From NCBI GenBank assembly GCA_043228905.1, contig JBHGNT010000001.1, positions 19,158,001-19,222,000 of the forward strand: 64,000 nucleotides of DNA. Direction: 5' to 3'. Origin of the DNA: Azolla caroliniana (Eukaryota > Plantae > Polypodiophyta). The notes beneath the pieces were generated by a model. It did not search any database. It was not told the DNA's origin and saw only the letters and a list, made by a program, of their open reading frames with translations. Positions 24,829-37,000 of the stretch are shown here, in pieces. Position 1 is the stretch's first letter. Every line of letters starts with the position of its first letter. Both the position numbers and the translations under genes were made by a program.

Positions 24829-27800
24829 TCACTTCGGCATGGGATGTCTCTCCAATCCGATCCTCTTCCGGCATGCTTCCAGCTTGTCGGGTGTGAGTAC
24901 CTTGGTCAGCATATCCGACCCGTTCTCGTCCGTGTGGACCTTCGTCAGCACGAACTCCTTGTCTTCTATCCTTTCCCGAATCCAGTGATATCTTCGCTGG
25001 ATGTGCTTCGTCCGGGAGTGATAGGCCGCATTCTTCGCAAGGTGGATTGCACTCTGACTGTCGCAGTAGAGTCGGTACTCCTCCTGCCGGATACCGAGCT
25101 CTCTAATGAAGTCCTTCATCCATATTATTTCCTTGCCGGCTTCAACAGCTGCCATGTACTCCGCCTCCGTAGTTGACAACGCAACCGTCTTCTGCAGCCT
25201 CGACTGCCACGAAACAGCTCCCCCTGCATACGTCATCACATACCCTGATGTGGACCGGCTGGTATCTGCATCAGCCGACATATCCGAATCGGTGAAACCG
25301 TCGAGTTCGGGTTTACCGGAGCCGAATCGGAGGCACACATTCGCTGTGCCCTTCAGGTATCGGAGTATCCACTTGACCGCGTTCCAATGCTCTTTGCCGG
25401 GATTGCTCATGTACCGGCTCACCACTCCGACTGCATATCCGATGTCCGGTCTCGTACACACCATGGCGTACATCAAGCTCCCGACGGCTGAGGCATATGG
25501 CACTTTCATCATATCCTCCTTTTCAGCCTTTGTCTTGGGGCTTTGCTTGCTGGACAGCTTGCAGTTTGCCGGGAGGGTCGATCCGACCGGTCTTGCCTCC
25601 GACATGTTGAACCGGTGAAGCACCTTCGTCATGTACTTCTCCTGTGACAGCCACAACTGCTTCTTCTTCCGGTCCCGGATGATGTGCATCCCTAGTATTT
25701 GCCTCGCCGGACCCAAGTCCTTCATTGAGAAGGTTCGGTGAAGAGCCTTCTTCAGCATCCGTATCTTGACCTGATCCCGTCCGACGATCAACATGTCGTC
25801 CACGTACAGGAGGAGTATTAGGAAGTCTCCTCCTTCGAACTTCTTCACAAACACGCAGTGGTCGGACTGCGTTTTGAGGTACCCTTCGTCGGTCATGAAG
25901 GAGTCGAACTTCCGGTACCATTGCCGGGGAGCCTGCTTCAGTCCGTAAAGGCTCTTCTTCAACCGGCATACCAGGTGCTCCTTCCCTTTCTTCTCGAATC
26001 CTTCCGGTTGCTGCATGTAGATTTCTTCTTCGAGGTCACCGTGAAGGAATGTTGTCTTCACGTCCATCTGTTCTACCTCGAGGTCCATGCTTGCCGCTAT
26101 GCTCAGCACCGTCCGGATGGAGGTCATCTTCACTACCGGGGCAAATATCTCGTCGAAGTCGACGCCCTTCTTTTGCTGAAACCCCTTCACCACGATCCTG
26201 GCTTTGTATCTCGGGGGGTTTCCGGCATCTCCCGGTTTCAGCTTGAACACCCACTTGTTTCGAAGTGCCCGCTTTCCTTTCGGCAACTCCACAAGTTCAT
26301 ATGTGTGGTTCTCATGCAGGGAATCCATCTCGTCCTGCATGGCACTCAACCACCTGCGGCTCTGGGTGTCATGCTTTGCTTCTTCAAAGCTCTCCGGCTC
26401 CCCCTCGTCGGTTAGCAGCACGTGCTCTGGTTCCGGAAATCTCCGGGGGGCTCTCCTCTCTCTTAGAGGATATCTCCGTTCGGGAGCTTCGGTAACCGGT
26501 TCTTCCGATTCTTCTTCTTCATCCGAATCCATTTCGGGATCGGGGCCGGTTCCGGTATCATTTTCATCTTCTTCGGCCGGTTCTGTTTCTTCACCGTCTT
26601 CGGCCGGATCCTCGAGTGCTAACCGGTCCCTTGCCGGTCGGGACTGCTCCTCGTAGAGTTGATCCTCACCGGTCGACTTGGAGCTCCTTACCTTCTTGTC
26701 CGACTCCCAGTCGGCGAGTGTCTTGTCCTCCATGAAGATGATGTCTCGACTCCTGAATATCTTCTTGTCAACCGGGTCCCATACTCGGTAGCCGAACTCG
26801 TCGTCGCCGTAACCGAGGAATATGCATGGCCGGGTCTTTGGATCTAGCTTTCCTCTCCGGTCCTTTGCCACATGCACGTATGCGAGACACCCGAACACCT
26901 TCAGATGCCGGTAGGACACTTCCTTACCGGTCCACACTTTCTGCGGCGTGTCTCCGTCCAAAGGTTTTGAGGGTGATCTGTTTATCACGTATGTCGCCGT
27001 TGACATTGCCTCAGCCCAAAACCCCTTGGGTAATTTCGCATGCGCCATCATACTCCGGACCCTCTCCATTATGGTCCGGTTCATCCTCTCGGCCAGCCCG
27101 TTCAGTTCCGGCGTCTTCGGCACAGTAAACTCGAGCCGGATTCCCTTCGAGCGACAGTACTCCTGGAACTGCTCCCGGTATTCCCCTCCGTTATCCGCTC
27201 GTATCGCTTTCAGCTTCTTGCCGGATTCCCTTTCCACTCTCGCGTGGAGTTCTTTGAAGACGCACAACACTTGGTCCTTTGTCTTCAACGGTGCCGTCCA
27301 CAGCTTCCGGCTATGATCATCGATGAATGTTACGAAGTACTGGGCTCCGCCATGTGACTTCGTCTCTACCTGACACACGTCAGTGTGCACCAACTCCAAT
27401 GGTGCGCTACGTCTCGTCGGTGGCCTTGAGTGGAAGGAGGTTCGGTTCTGCTTACCGGCCAGGCAATCGGTGCACTTCTCCAGGTGCACATGCTTCACTG
27501 GGATAAGGTTGTCTTCTGCAAGCCTCTTCATCCCCTTCTCACTCATGTGGCACAGTCTCTTGTGCCACAGCTCACCGGCAGTGTCGGCTGCCACATTCAG
27601 CTCTTCCGGACATAACCGGGCATTCATCAGGTACAGTGTGTTGTCTTTCCGGGCCCGAGCCACTATCAGGTTCCCCTTGCTGAACTTCATGACACCGTTC
27701 CGGATGCTACCCGTGTAGCCTTCATCATCTAGCCTCCTGGCTGAAATCAGGTTCAGTCGGACCTCCGGAACGTGTCGGACATTCTTCAGCAGCATTTTGC

Positions 27801-28905
27801 ATCCGGTCGGGGTTGTCAACCACACGTCTCCTATGCCGGCAATCCGGCATGTACCTTCATTTCCCATCCGAACACAGCCATGCTCACCGGCTGTGTAGGA
27901 TGAGAAGTATCTTATCTCCGGGGTCAGGTGGAACGATGCCCCGGAATCGACCACCCAGGTCGTCTCATCGCCGGCAACGTTTAGCTCACCTTCTTCGGTG
28001 ATGAGCATGATTTCTTCCTCACTTGCCGCGAGTGCCGTTGTTCCTTTCCGGTCCTGCCCTCGCCGATCCGAACCTCTCCGGTCCGTGGCTCCCCGGTATG
28101 CACCGTTTCTCTCCGGTGACTTCTTCGAGTCGGTGTCGTCGGCTCCGTTGTCTTTTCGGTAATGCCGACAATTCTTTCGGAAGTGCCCCGGCTTCCCACA
28201 GTGGAAGCATGTGGGTCTTCCTCTTGACTGCGACCGGGTCCCCGACTTCTCCCGTCTTTGCGGACTCCGGTTCCATTGTCTTCCCCGATCCGATTCGGTA
28301 AACAGCATCTTCGGGTCGGAGGCCGGTTCTTTATCTCTCCGACGCGCTTCTTCATTCAGAATACTTGTCTTTACAGTTTGTAAGGACAAGTTATCTTCGG
28401 TGCACGAGGTGCTGAGAGTCACCACCAAGTTCTCCCAGCTTTCCGGCAATGTACACATCAGGATGATGGCTTGCATTGCATCCTCCAACGGGAACTTGAT
28501 CGCCGCAAGCTGATTCACGAATCCCATGAACGTGCTTACGTGTTCTACCATACTCTCGCCGTCCCGGTACTTGAGATTCACTATCTTCCTCATCAGGGAG
28601 GTCCGGTTCAACGCATTCTTCCTCTCATAGAGGCCCGACAGCTTCTTCCACATCTCGTATGCGTTGGTGTCGTTCGCCACATGTTGTAGGACGCTTACAT
28701 CGACGTATTGTCGGATCGTCGCTACGGCTTTCCGGTTCAGGAGCTTCCACTCCGACTCAAGTACCCCTTTCGGTATTTCCGACCTGTCAATCGGTTCGTA
28801 CAGGTCCCGAACAATCAGAAGATCCTCCATCTTGATCTTCCAGTCGGCGTAATTCTGTGCATTCAGCACCATCATCATCGGCTGCCCGCTGCCGCCGCCT
28901 TCCAT
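24829..28905 (-). CDS. Copia gag-pol polyprotein (1358 aa from first ATG)
   Basis: Uninterrupted ORF: CFHCGKPGH knuckle, WVVDSGASFH protease, LWHKRLCH and DDE integrase, LYVDDM RT, RNase H ending SDMLTK. Confidence 0.96.
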   Translation of the reverse strand: MEGGGSGQPMMMVLNAQNYADWKIKMEDLLIVRDLYEPIDRSEIPKGVLESEWKLLNRKAVATIRQYVDVSVLQHVANDTNAYEMWKKLSGLYERKNALNRTSLMRKIVNLKYRDGESMVEHVSTFMGFVNQLAAIKFPLEDAMQAIILMCTLPESWENLVVTLSTSCTEDNLSLQTVKTSILNEEARRRDKEPASDPKMLFTESDRGRQWNRSPQRREKSGTRSQSRGRPTCFHCGKPGHFRKNCRHYRKDNGADDTDSKKSPERNGAYRGATDRRGSDRRGQDRKGTTALAASEEEIMLITEEGELNVAGDETTWVVDSGASFHLTPEIRYFSSYTAGEHGCVRMGNEGTCRIAGIGDVWLTTPTGCKMLLKNVRHVPEVRLNLISARRLDDEGYTGSIRNGVMKFSKGNLIVARARKDNTLYLMNARLCPEELNVAADTAGELWHKRLCHMSEKGMKRLAEDNLIPVKHVHLEKCTDCLAGKQNRTSFHSRPPTRRSAPLELVHTDVCQVETKSHGGAQYFVTFIDDHSRKLWTAPLKTKDQVLCVFKELHARVERESGKKLKAIRADNGGEYREQFQEYCRSKGIRLEFTVPKTPELNGLAERMNRTIMERVRSMMAHAKLPKGFWAEAMSTATYVINRSPSKPLDGDTPQKVWTGKEVSYRHLKVFGCLAYVHVAKDRRGKLDPKTRPCIFLGYGDDEFGYRVWDPVDKKIFRSRDIIFMEDKTLADWESDKKVRSSKSTGEDQLYEEQSRPARDRLALEDPAEDGEETEPAEEDENDTGTGPDPEMDSDEEEESEEPVTEAPERRYPLRERRAPRRFPEPEHVLLTDEGEPESFEEAKHDTQSRRWLSAMQDEMDSLHENHTYELVELPKGKRALRNKWVFKLKPGDAGNPPRYKARIVVKGFQQKKGVDFDEIFAPVVKMTSIRTVLSIAASMDLEVEQMDVKTTFLHGDLEEEIYMQQPEGFEKKGKEHLVCRLKKSLYGLKQAPRQWYRKFDSFMTDEGYLKTQSDHCVFVKKFEGGDFLILLLYVDDMLIVGRDQVKIRMLKKALHRTFSMKDLGPARQILGMHIIRDRKKKQLWLSQEKYMTKVLHRFNMSEARPVGSTLPANCKLSSKQSPKTKAEKEDMMKVPYASAVGSLMYAMVCTRPDIGYAVGVVSRYMSNPGKEHWNAVKWILRYLKGTANVCLRFGSGKPELDGFTDSDMSADADTSRSTSGYVMTYAGGAVSWQSRLQKTVALSTTEAEYMAAVEAGKEIIWMKDFIRELGIRQEEYRLYCDSQSAIHLAKNAAYHSRTKHIQRRYHWIRERIEDKEFVLTKVHTDENGSDMLTKVLTPDKLEACRKRIGLERHPMPK

Positions 28906-29426
28906 TTTCTGCAACAGTCGCTCTGATACCAGTTTGTAAGGAATCACCGCTTGGATTCACCTTCACCACTCGGCCACAACCGAGTAATCGCGGATCAATG
29001 TAGCAGAAAATAGGAAATACAGAGAAAGACGCGATACACAGGGATTAACGTGGAAAACCCTATACGGGAAAAACCACGGGAGTGCGAGACTCCGAACCAA
29101 ACTATGCACAGAGAAATATACAATGGCGGGCTGCAAGGCAACGACCTTGAGCTCGCTGTCCTCGCCACAGGCGGCGGAAGTACACAGAGGCGTCTACCTC
29201 TTCGTCTCTCTCGCGCTCTATCTCTCTCTCTCTCTCGGCTGCTCTCACTTCACTCCTCTTGAGTGGAAAAACAGAAAAATGATAAGCAACACTAAAACAG
29301 TTTGCCCTAAGTCATATTTATACACATATGACTTTCGGGCTATTTACAAATATAGCCTCAAGGGCTCTTGGCAAACATATTCACAAATATGTCCCCGCAT
29401 CCAGATCTCTCTCCGGGTACATTCGT

Positions 29427-29555
29427 CATCCGGCTCCGTAACCGGGGTCTTCATCATCCGGCTCCGTAGCCGGGGTCTTCATCATCCGGCTCCGTAGCCG
29501 GGGTCTTCATCATCCGGCTCCGTAGCCGGGGTCTTCATCATCCGGCTCCGTAACC
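29427..29555. repeat. 28-bp tandem repeat in 5' LTR (4 full units plus a partial)
   Basis: Same unit as 24600-24756, one copy fewer; accounts for the 711 vs 683 bp LTR lengths. Confidence 0.95.
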
Positions 29556-32500
29556 GCAACCGGGCTTGCCGTCATTTATCTCCGGACATCCCATCCGAAG
29601 GGACCGAAATCCTAACAGTTTATGCACCCAATCTACGCACTAACTCCCAAAATATATTCCTCTACTGAATATCTGTCCAATGGCCGCCCGGTTTACACAC
29701 CCTTACGGCCTCTCGTTTACGCACCGGTTTACGCACCCAATGTTGAGCTTTTATATCAACACTCCCCCTCAAGCTCAACTTGAGGTTCTGCCTACTCTTC
29801 CGGATCTTCATTCCAGCTTCTCTTGGCTTCACACCTCACTCACGCTCCTTGACCCGTTCAATTCCGCGTGCCTCGACCCTTTTGGTCGGCTTGTCTACTC
29901 ATGCGGCCTTTCCTAGCTCCCTTGATGTCGCGATGTTGGAGCCTCTTCCGTTACCCTTTCCTCCGCTTGGCCTTCAGTTGATTTAGTGTCTCTGAATTGA
30001 ACATTCGAACCGAATCAACAGTCTTCGATTCGTTTCCGCACTTGCCCGGATTGGCTGTCTCCAATTCTTCTTCTGTCTTGAGGTCTTTAACCACATCAAC
30101 CATGTCTTGGTCTTGGCCTTCTCGCCCTTCTTGGCTTCAACTCCCCCTTGTTCGGCTAACTTTGGCTCTTCCCTTCGGTTGTTGCCCTTGTTTCCGCCTT
30201 TGGCTTCTTCAGCCGACCCGAAATCGAATTCTTCACCCGGCTTAGCTTCACAGTCACTTCCGCTCCTTTCCTACTCCCATTCGTGGTCTTTTCTCACCCT
30301 CAAGTTCAGCACGTCGAGATGCCGCAAACCAAGCGCACCAGAGAATTGTCGCAACTTGTCGAGACCAAGGGGCTTGGTGAAAATGTCAGTAGTCTGCCGA
30401 TCCCGTCGGAACATATGTACACACTTGAGGACAAAATGGTAGTGCACCAGGTAGATGTTGTTGGATTGCTGACCTTGAACAAAACGGCTGCGTAAAGTCC
30501 CAGCTCGTGGAATCATTGGACATGAAGGACGTAGGGGACCTTCATTACTTCCTAGGGATCGAAGTGATCCGCACCCCCGAAGGCATACAGATCAGCCAAT
30601 GACATTACGTGCTGAGTATGCTCTTCAAGTTCTAGATGGACGACTCTAAGTCTATCTTAACTCCTCAGGACAGATACGTCAAGCCTCGCCGAGATTCAAG
30701 AAAGGCGTGTGACCCGACACGGTTCTGACAATTTGTCAGAAGCCTAATTTATTTGACGATCACTCGATCGGATCTGAGTTACCCGATCGTCCTGATCAGT
30801 CAATTTATGTCGCAGACCACGGCCGAACACCTTTAGTGCGCGCAAAGGATATTGCGCTATGTCCGCGGCACTAAGGATAGGGCGTTGCTATATCGGACCG
30901 ATATTGCCGAACAACTCATTGGCTACTCAGATTTTGATTGGTCCGGAAATGCTGGTGATCGTAGATCCACATCTGGGTTCGCTTTCTCACTTGGGAGCGC
31001 CGCGATCGCCTAGAGCAGCAAGAAGCAACCGACAATTGCAATGTCGAGCACGGAGGCTAAGCATTGAGGAGTGGCTATTGCAACATGCGAAGCCATTTGG
31101 CTCAAGTGGCTACTCAAGGAGGTATAGGTGGAGGTGTCCGCTCCAACGACGATCTACTGCGACCACCTCAGCAACATCCAACTTGCAGAAAACCCCGTCT
31201 TCCACTTGCAATGACTAAATCATCAACATAAAGTAAAATACTAACCAGTCCACATCGACCTTGCCCAACAAACAATGAAGAGTCCAATTTGGATGTCACA
31301 AGCCCCATCTGATGCAGGCGCTACGTGATCTTCGCGTTCCACATGCGCGAGGCTTGTTTTAGTTCGTAGAGGGACTTCTTCAGTTGGGATACCACCAGGG
31401 TGTTCTTTCCGGAGTGAAATCCGGGGAGTTATACCATGTACACTTGTTCCTCAAGTTCTCCTTGCAGGAACACATTCTTTACATCCATCTGATGTAAATG
31501 CCACCCCTTTATTGTGGCTACTACAAGTAGGACATAGACGGTTGTCATATTCGCGATAGGCACAAAGGTCTCATCGTAGTCGATGCCATGTTGCTATGCG
31601 CATCCCTTCACCACTAACCGGGCCTTGTAGCAGTTGACAGAGCTGTCGGTGTTGTACTTGACCTTGTACACCCACCTACATCCAATCGGCTTTACACCCT
31701 TCGGGGCGTCAACCAGGTCCCACATTTCATTTTCTGCTAATGCGTGCATCTCTTCCTCCAATGCTACACGTCAAGTTGCATCCTTCGCCACTTCTGCGTA
31801 GATCTCTGGCTCATGCACTTCTGTCACTCGCATCATGTATGCGTAATGATGCGCCATGTACTCGTTGTATCCGAACCGCACCATGGGGTTCTTCTAGCGG
31901 GTGGATCGGCGTAATTGCTAATTAGCCAAATTTGAGGCCCTCTTCGTTCTTCGCTGAGTCGGATTCACTTCGATCCGACTCGTCTTTATTAGTGTCGTAC
32001 TCAGGCATCTTCTTTTGTCCCTTCTCTTTGCGTGTAAACCGTCTCCTCGGCTTCCTCCATGGGGATTGCACGATCGAGTCTCCACTACTCACCAGCTCTG
32101 CGTCTGACTGGTCATGCGGACTCAGTCGCTCATTCGGCCAACTTAGCCTGAATGAGATCAGACTCTCTTTAGGAGGTCCGATGTCTCCTTCATCTCGAGG
32201 CATGACAACTTTGCTGACCTCTTCATCAGAGATCAGAATGGAGTCATCAGTGATTGGAGGCGATGGCAAGTACCACGACATGGACTCGTCGAACACAACA
32301 TCACGACTTACGCGAACTTGTTTGGTTCGGGGATTATAACAGTTATAACCCTTCTGTTCGTTTGAGTAGCCAACCAAGATACACTTCTCAGCTTTGGCGT
32401 TCATCTTCCTCCGTTTCTCCTTTGGCACATGCACATACGCGATGCTACCTAAAACCCTCAAGTGTGCCAAATTTAGCTTCTTCTTGAAGTACAACTCATT

Positions 32501-33287
32501 TGGCGACACTCCTCCATTGGCAGATGCCCAATTCTGGAGGTAGACAGTTGTTTTGATCGCTTCAGCTCAGTAGAACTTCGGTAGATGCTTCTCTTCAAGC
32601 ATTGCCCTTGTTGCCTCCTGTAACGTCTGATTCTTCCTCTTGGCCACGTAGTTCTGTTGCGGCGTGTATCTACACGCGAATTCGCGTCGAATTCCCTCCT
32701 TCTGTAGATAGCACGAGAACTGGTCAGAGAAGTACTCCTTCCTGCCATCTGACCTTAGACACTTGATCTTTCGCCCGGTTTCCATTTCCACAAGGCTCTT
32801 CAACTTCAGGAAACACGTGAAGACTTCACACTTTTTCACGATCAAGTAAGCCCAAGTGTGCCGAGTGAAGTCATCGATGAAGGTTACGAAGTAACGGCTT
32901 CCTACGATGCTCACATTCTATGCTGGTCCCCATACATCTGAATGGATCATATCGAGCTGATTTCGACTTTGATTACCCTCATTGGGGAATGGAAGTCAGT
33001 GTTTATTCCCGAGCTGGCAAGCTTCACAGACTTGGCTGCTCCGGCCATTAAATTTTGGCAATCCGAAAACAATGTTCTTCGTTTGCATTTCACGAACCCG
33101 TAGGAAGTTAACATGGTTGAACCGCTTGTGCCATAGGTCGATGTCCGACTCGAACGATCAAAGGAGGATGAGATGTGGCAACACGTCACCACCAAAGGAA
33201 GAGAGCTCAAAGAAAGAAAATTCGAAGATACTCAACATAGAAGCTTTGATGAGAGAAGTATTGGAGAACTTAAAGGCACAAGTCGAT

Positions 33288-33324
33288 AACACCGGGTCAT
33301 TTGAAACAGGGAATATGTCGTATT
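33288..33324 (+). repeat. Left TIR
   Basis: AACACCGGGTCATTTGAAACAGGGAATATGTCGTATT. Confidence 0.92.
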
Positions 33325-34050
33325 CTCTTTTGGCATAGTTGGCTAGATGTAGAAAAGTACCCTATTTTAGCCTGATATCGAAAATATACGATGCATGCGT
33401 ACCCCTTTTGCGACTTGATGGTTAAATATAGAACAAAAAAAACCTAGCAATTACTAAATTGTATATGTGTCCACATTCGTGTCAATTTGCATATCATGGA
33501 GCACAATTGAAGACTTCGTTCAATATAAAGTTCTAAAATTTGTATCCATATTCAAATTGTAGAGTAAAACTACATAAACCGTAATTATAAATATGTGGTT
33601 TTGGGTTTAGGAATAAAGTAGTGACCCACTTGTTGGACGGGTATATCGATAGTTTCATTGTATAATGTCATATAGTTCATGACAATGTAATTGGTAAGAG
33701 TAACAATTACGTACGACATTCATTTATACTATGTGGAACCAGTAGACTTGAACCGTAGGTAACTAAAAACCTCTTATTATCAAAAACATTCGCCTTTTCA
33801 TATACAGTCATGCTAACGGAAATGAGAAATTACAATATCATGTTAATATCTCAAACTGAAGAAGAGCATGGTGACCAATTATATGTAAATACAAACTACG
33901 GTTCGAATAATGATTAAAAAGGGAAATTATGAACAGGTGAATTTAATTAAACGATAAACAATTACAGATGTTCTCATATACAAATATAATATGAAGTGAT
34001 GGTGAACATTATGCCTCAAAATCCTCAATTTTTACATTACGCCATCTACA

Positions 34051-37000
34051 TCAATCTATAAGCAAATCAGGCAAAGCAGGCTCCTCTGGCGCTGATTGTT
34101 CTAGACTGTTTTCATTCGTGTCATCTCCAAGCTCTCCCGAATCTGATGTATGGTCAAACTGTGCTACATCTTCCAGGTCCACCAGCTCCCCTGCTTCTTC
34201 ATCAATTGGTTCCATTGGTTCTCGTGAAGTCATCTGGAACATCTCTGTCTCGTTGATGTGTTTTGCTCCGACTTCTTGATCCTGATCTGGACAGTCCCAG
34301 ATTCCTGTGATCCTCATTTTGATGAAGTTAACTTGAGCAGGGTCCTTCTCCAATGCAACACAGTTTCTAAACATCTTCAATGCACAAGTTGTCGTTGTAC
34401 CTAATGGTCGCATGAACACAAACAAGTATATATAAGAAGTAACGTCTTAAACTTGATCGACAAGATTGAAATTAAATATATATATTATACCTGTGCCAGA
34501 GAACAAGTCTAGGACCCAATCATCTGGATTCGAGAAGAGCTCTATGAGGCGGTTGATCAATCTTTGAGGTTTTTGATAAGGGTTCACCATACTTTTATCC
34601 CCTGACACATGTCTTAATTTTTTGGTTACAGCTGGGCACATGATGTAGTTAACCACGTTACACTCATTGACATGTGCTCTAGCCTTCTTCTTTGTAATTG
34701 AATCATAATAGCCCACACAAAAATGTTCGACTGCACTAACCATTCGATCGCCAGGGCTACATGTAATATTTGTTTTGATCCTATAGAGAAAGAAAATCAA
34801 GTATTAGAGGTGTAAATGTGTACATATAATAAATGTATTAGAGGTGTAAATGTATTAGAGGTGTAAATGTTCAGTGGCATGACAACGGAACTTCAAAGCT
34901 GTTGTGACTGACAGTGATTGCCCCATGCTATGAAATATGACTATCCTCCACAAGGGGGCCAATGTCAGTTTTGCGAAATCCTTTACCATTTTCTCGATCT
35001 GAGGGTACTTGAAAGGCACATCATCATATGTTGATCCTGCAATACGGAAACCATATGGTATGTCAGCTATCAGCAAAGTGTAGTGCCTTCTCGGTAACAG
35101 TTCGAGCATCTGGGATACTTCGCCATTGAAAACACTATAATGAAGTTGTTTGAAAGGATCAGACCTATGCAAAAAACTCTTTACAGTCTCCGAATCCTCG
35201 GGCAGTTCCATTTCCTTCCCTTTGGTCATTCTCTTCTCATATTTCGCACGTTCTAAGTGCGTGATGAAGGCCGCTGGAATACCGTCATTATTGTCGTTGT
35301 TCTTTTTCGATTTTGATGGTTTCTGCAAGTGTCATTGTTGTTAGCAAGGAACATTAGTTTCTAACATATCAACATTCAAAAGACACATACCCATTCTCTA
35401 AATACAATAAAATATTCCTCCAATGCCTTGTAGGAAGAAGTTATCGGGCAGGCTTGTTCAACTTCTTCCCATGTCGGTAAACTCAGTTTTTGCATCATCA
35501 ACTCCTGAATCTTCATGTATACCTTTTGACTGCACAATCAATATGAAATTAGAAATAAGATATTCAAAATAATTGAAGACTTTCATGAAAAGGTATACTA
35601 TAAACACTTACTTTTGGAAGTCTGTTACCATCTCGTCCAAACTAAATTCCTTGGCGACCACTCGAGATAGCACGGATATTAACAATCTATCATCTTTGAT
35701 ACCTTGTAATGATCTCCAAGGTAAAAGTTTCATGTCCTCTGCTAACTCCTCGATTACCAAGTCGCTTTTTCCCTTGGTCTTTGATTTCATCTCAACTTGT
35801 GGATCAATTCTTCCCTTTTTTGATCTTTGCCCCTTGACTTCTTTCCGCTCCCACATAGAGAATATTTTGTCTTGGAGATCCCACACCTCTCCGGTCCGAA
35901 AAGCTAGTTGAAACCAAGAATCATATTTTCGGAGACCTTCGGATTTGGTACTCTCATCCACTGCAATCCCTACTTCCAATAAACACTGGCGTCGCAATCC
36001 AGGCCACAATCTTGGACCAAAACGATTCAAGGCATCCAGGTATTCATGATGAAAAAATCTTATCCTCTCTATACATGACATCTTTTGCCTATAATTGTTG
36101 TCATTGTTATGGTCCCATGCGAGCAGCTTCGCCTCCTCGTGAGTTAGTCCTGCATATACCTTACATTCGGCGTACTTGAAGAACGGCGTGAGAGGATATT
36201 CTTTGACAAGCTGTCATCGAGCTTCGGCCGAATGTGATCCTCCGATTACATAGTATGTGTAATCGTCTGTAGAGCTATACTTGAAATCTGCTACTGTTGG
36301 GCATTGTTCTTGATCAACCATTATCAAAAATGGCACCACAATAGCGTGAGGATTGATTTTCATTTTGCTTTTAAGGTTTTGCACATGGACAGAGTGCGGC
36401 TCCCTAATTTCCAAGGGACGTCTTCTAGTCACAGGGTCAATGGGGGGCCTTTGGATAGAAGTAATGGGCACATGAAATAGCTGGCCCTTGCACACAAGTT
36501 TAGTCTTCACAATATTTTCTCTTATTTTATTTTGTTCTGACGTCAGGACACCAGAAGATAGTTGTCCGCCTGGAGCCACGACATCGACTTGTTGGTCGTC
36601 TTCTTCTTCCACGAACTCGAATATTTCTTCTTCTTCTTCTTCGGGCTGTGGTCGTTTAGTATATTTCTTTTGAATAGGATTTGTCTTCCTAGACTTTTTC
36701 GGTGGAGTTTCTACTTCACCGGTCATCATCTCTCCTGTCACATACGGCCGAAGAGCTACCAACAAGTTATTTTTCGTTTGCAGGTCTTTACGCAAAGCCT
36801 TGGGATTGCAAGATTCGGGTACTAGGTTTCCCTCATCAAGTCGCAATCGCCTATTGCCAACTGAGCTCGAGACGTCGATTAAAATACTTGTAGAGTCAAT
36901 GTCTTCGTACTCTAGCTTGGTTACATGCCCGTAATTAAATGTTTTTCCAAGCTGAAGTTTCCCTTCCCAGTCCGATTTTGCCGTTATCAATAACAACACC

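Larger units (their letters stand above)
24108..29617 (-). mobile_element. Young, intact Tnt1-like Ty1/Copia retrotransposon (Copia 1)
   Basis: LTRs 24108-24818 and 28935-29617 nearly identical; exact GTTTA TSD; tRNA-iMet PBS TGGTATCAGAGC at 28920-28931; PPT TGAAGGGGGAG next to the 3' LTR. Confidence 0.97.
23749..33150 (-). mobile_element. 3' half of an old Copia element (3' LTR 23749-29761, interrupted by a younger Copia; degenerate IN-RT-RH)
   Basis: LTR is the reverse complement of 50862-51275; PPT CTTGAGGGGGAG at 29762-29773; motifs LWHKRF, YFVTFIDD, TPQQN, LYVDD, DIFTK. Confidence 0.85.

Noticed and set aside
24844-28926. Numerous antisense ORFs over Copia and Gypsy pol
   Set aside because: Expected shadows of GC-rich coding frames; no recognisable motifs.
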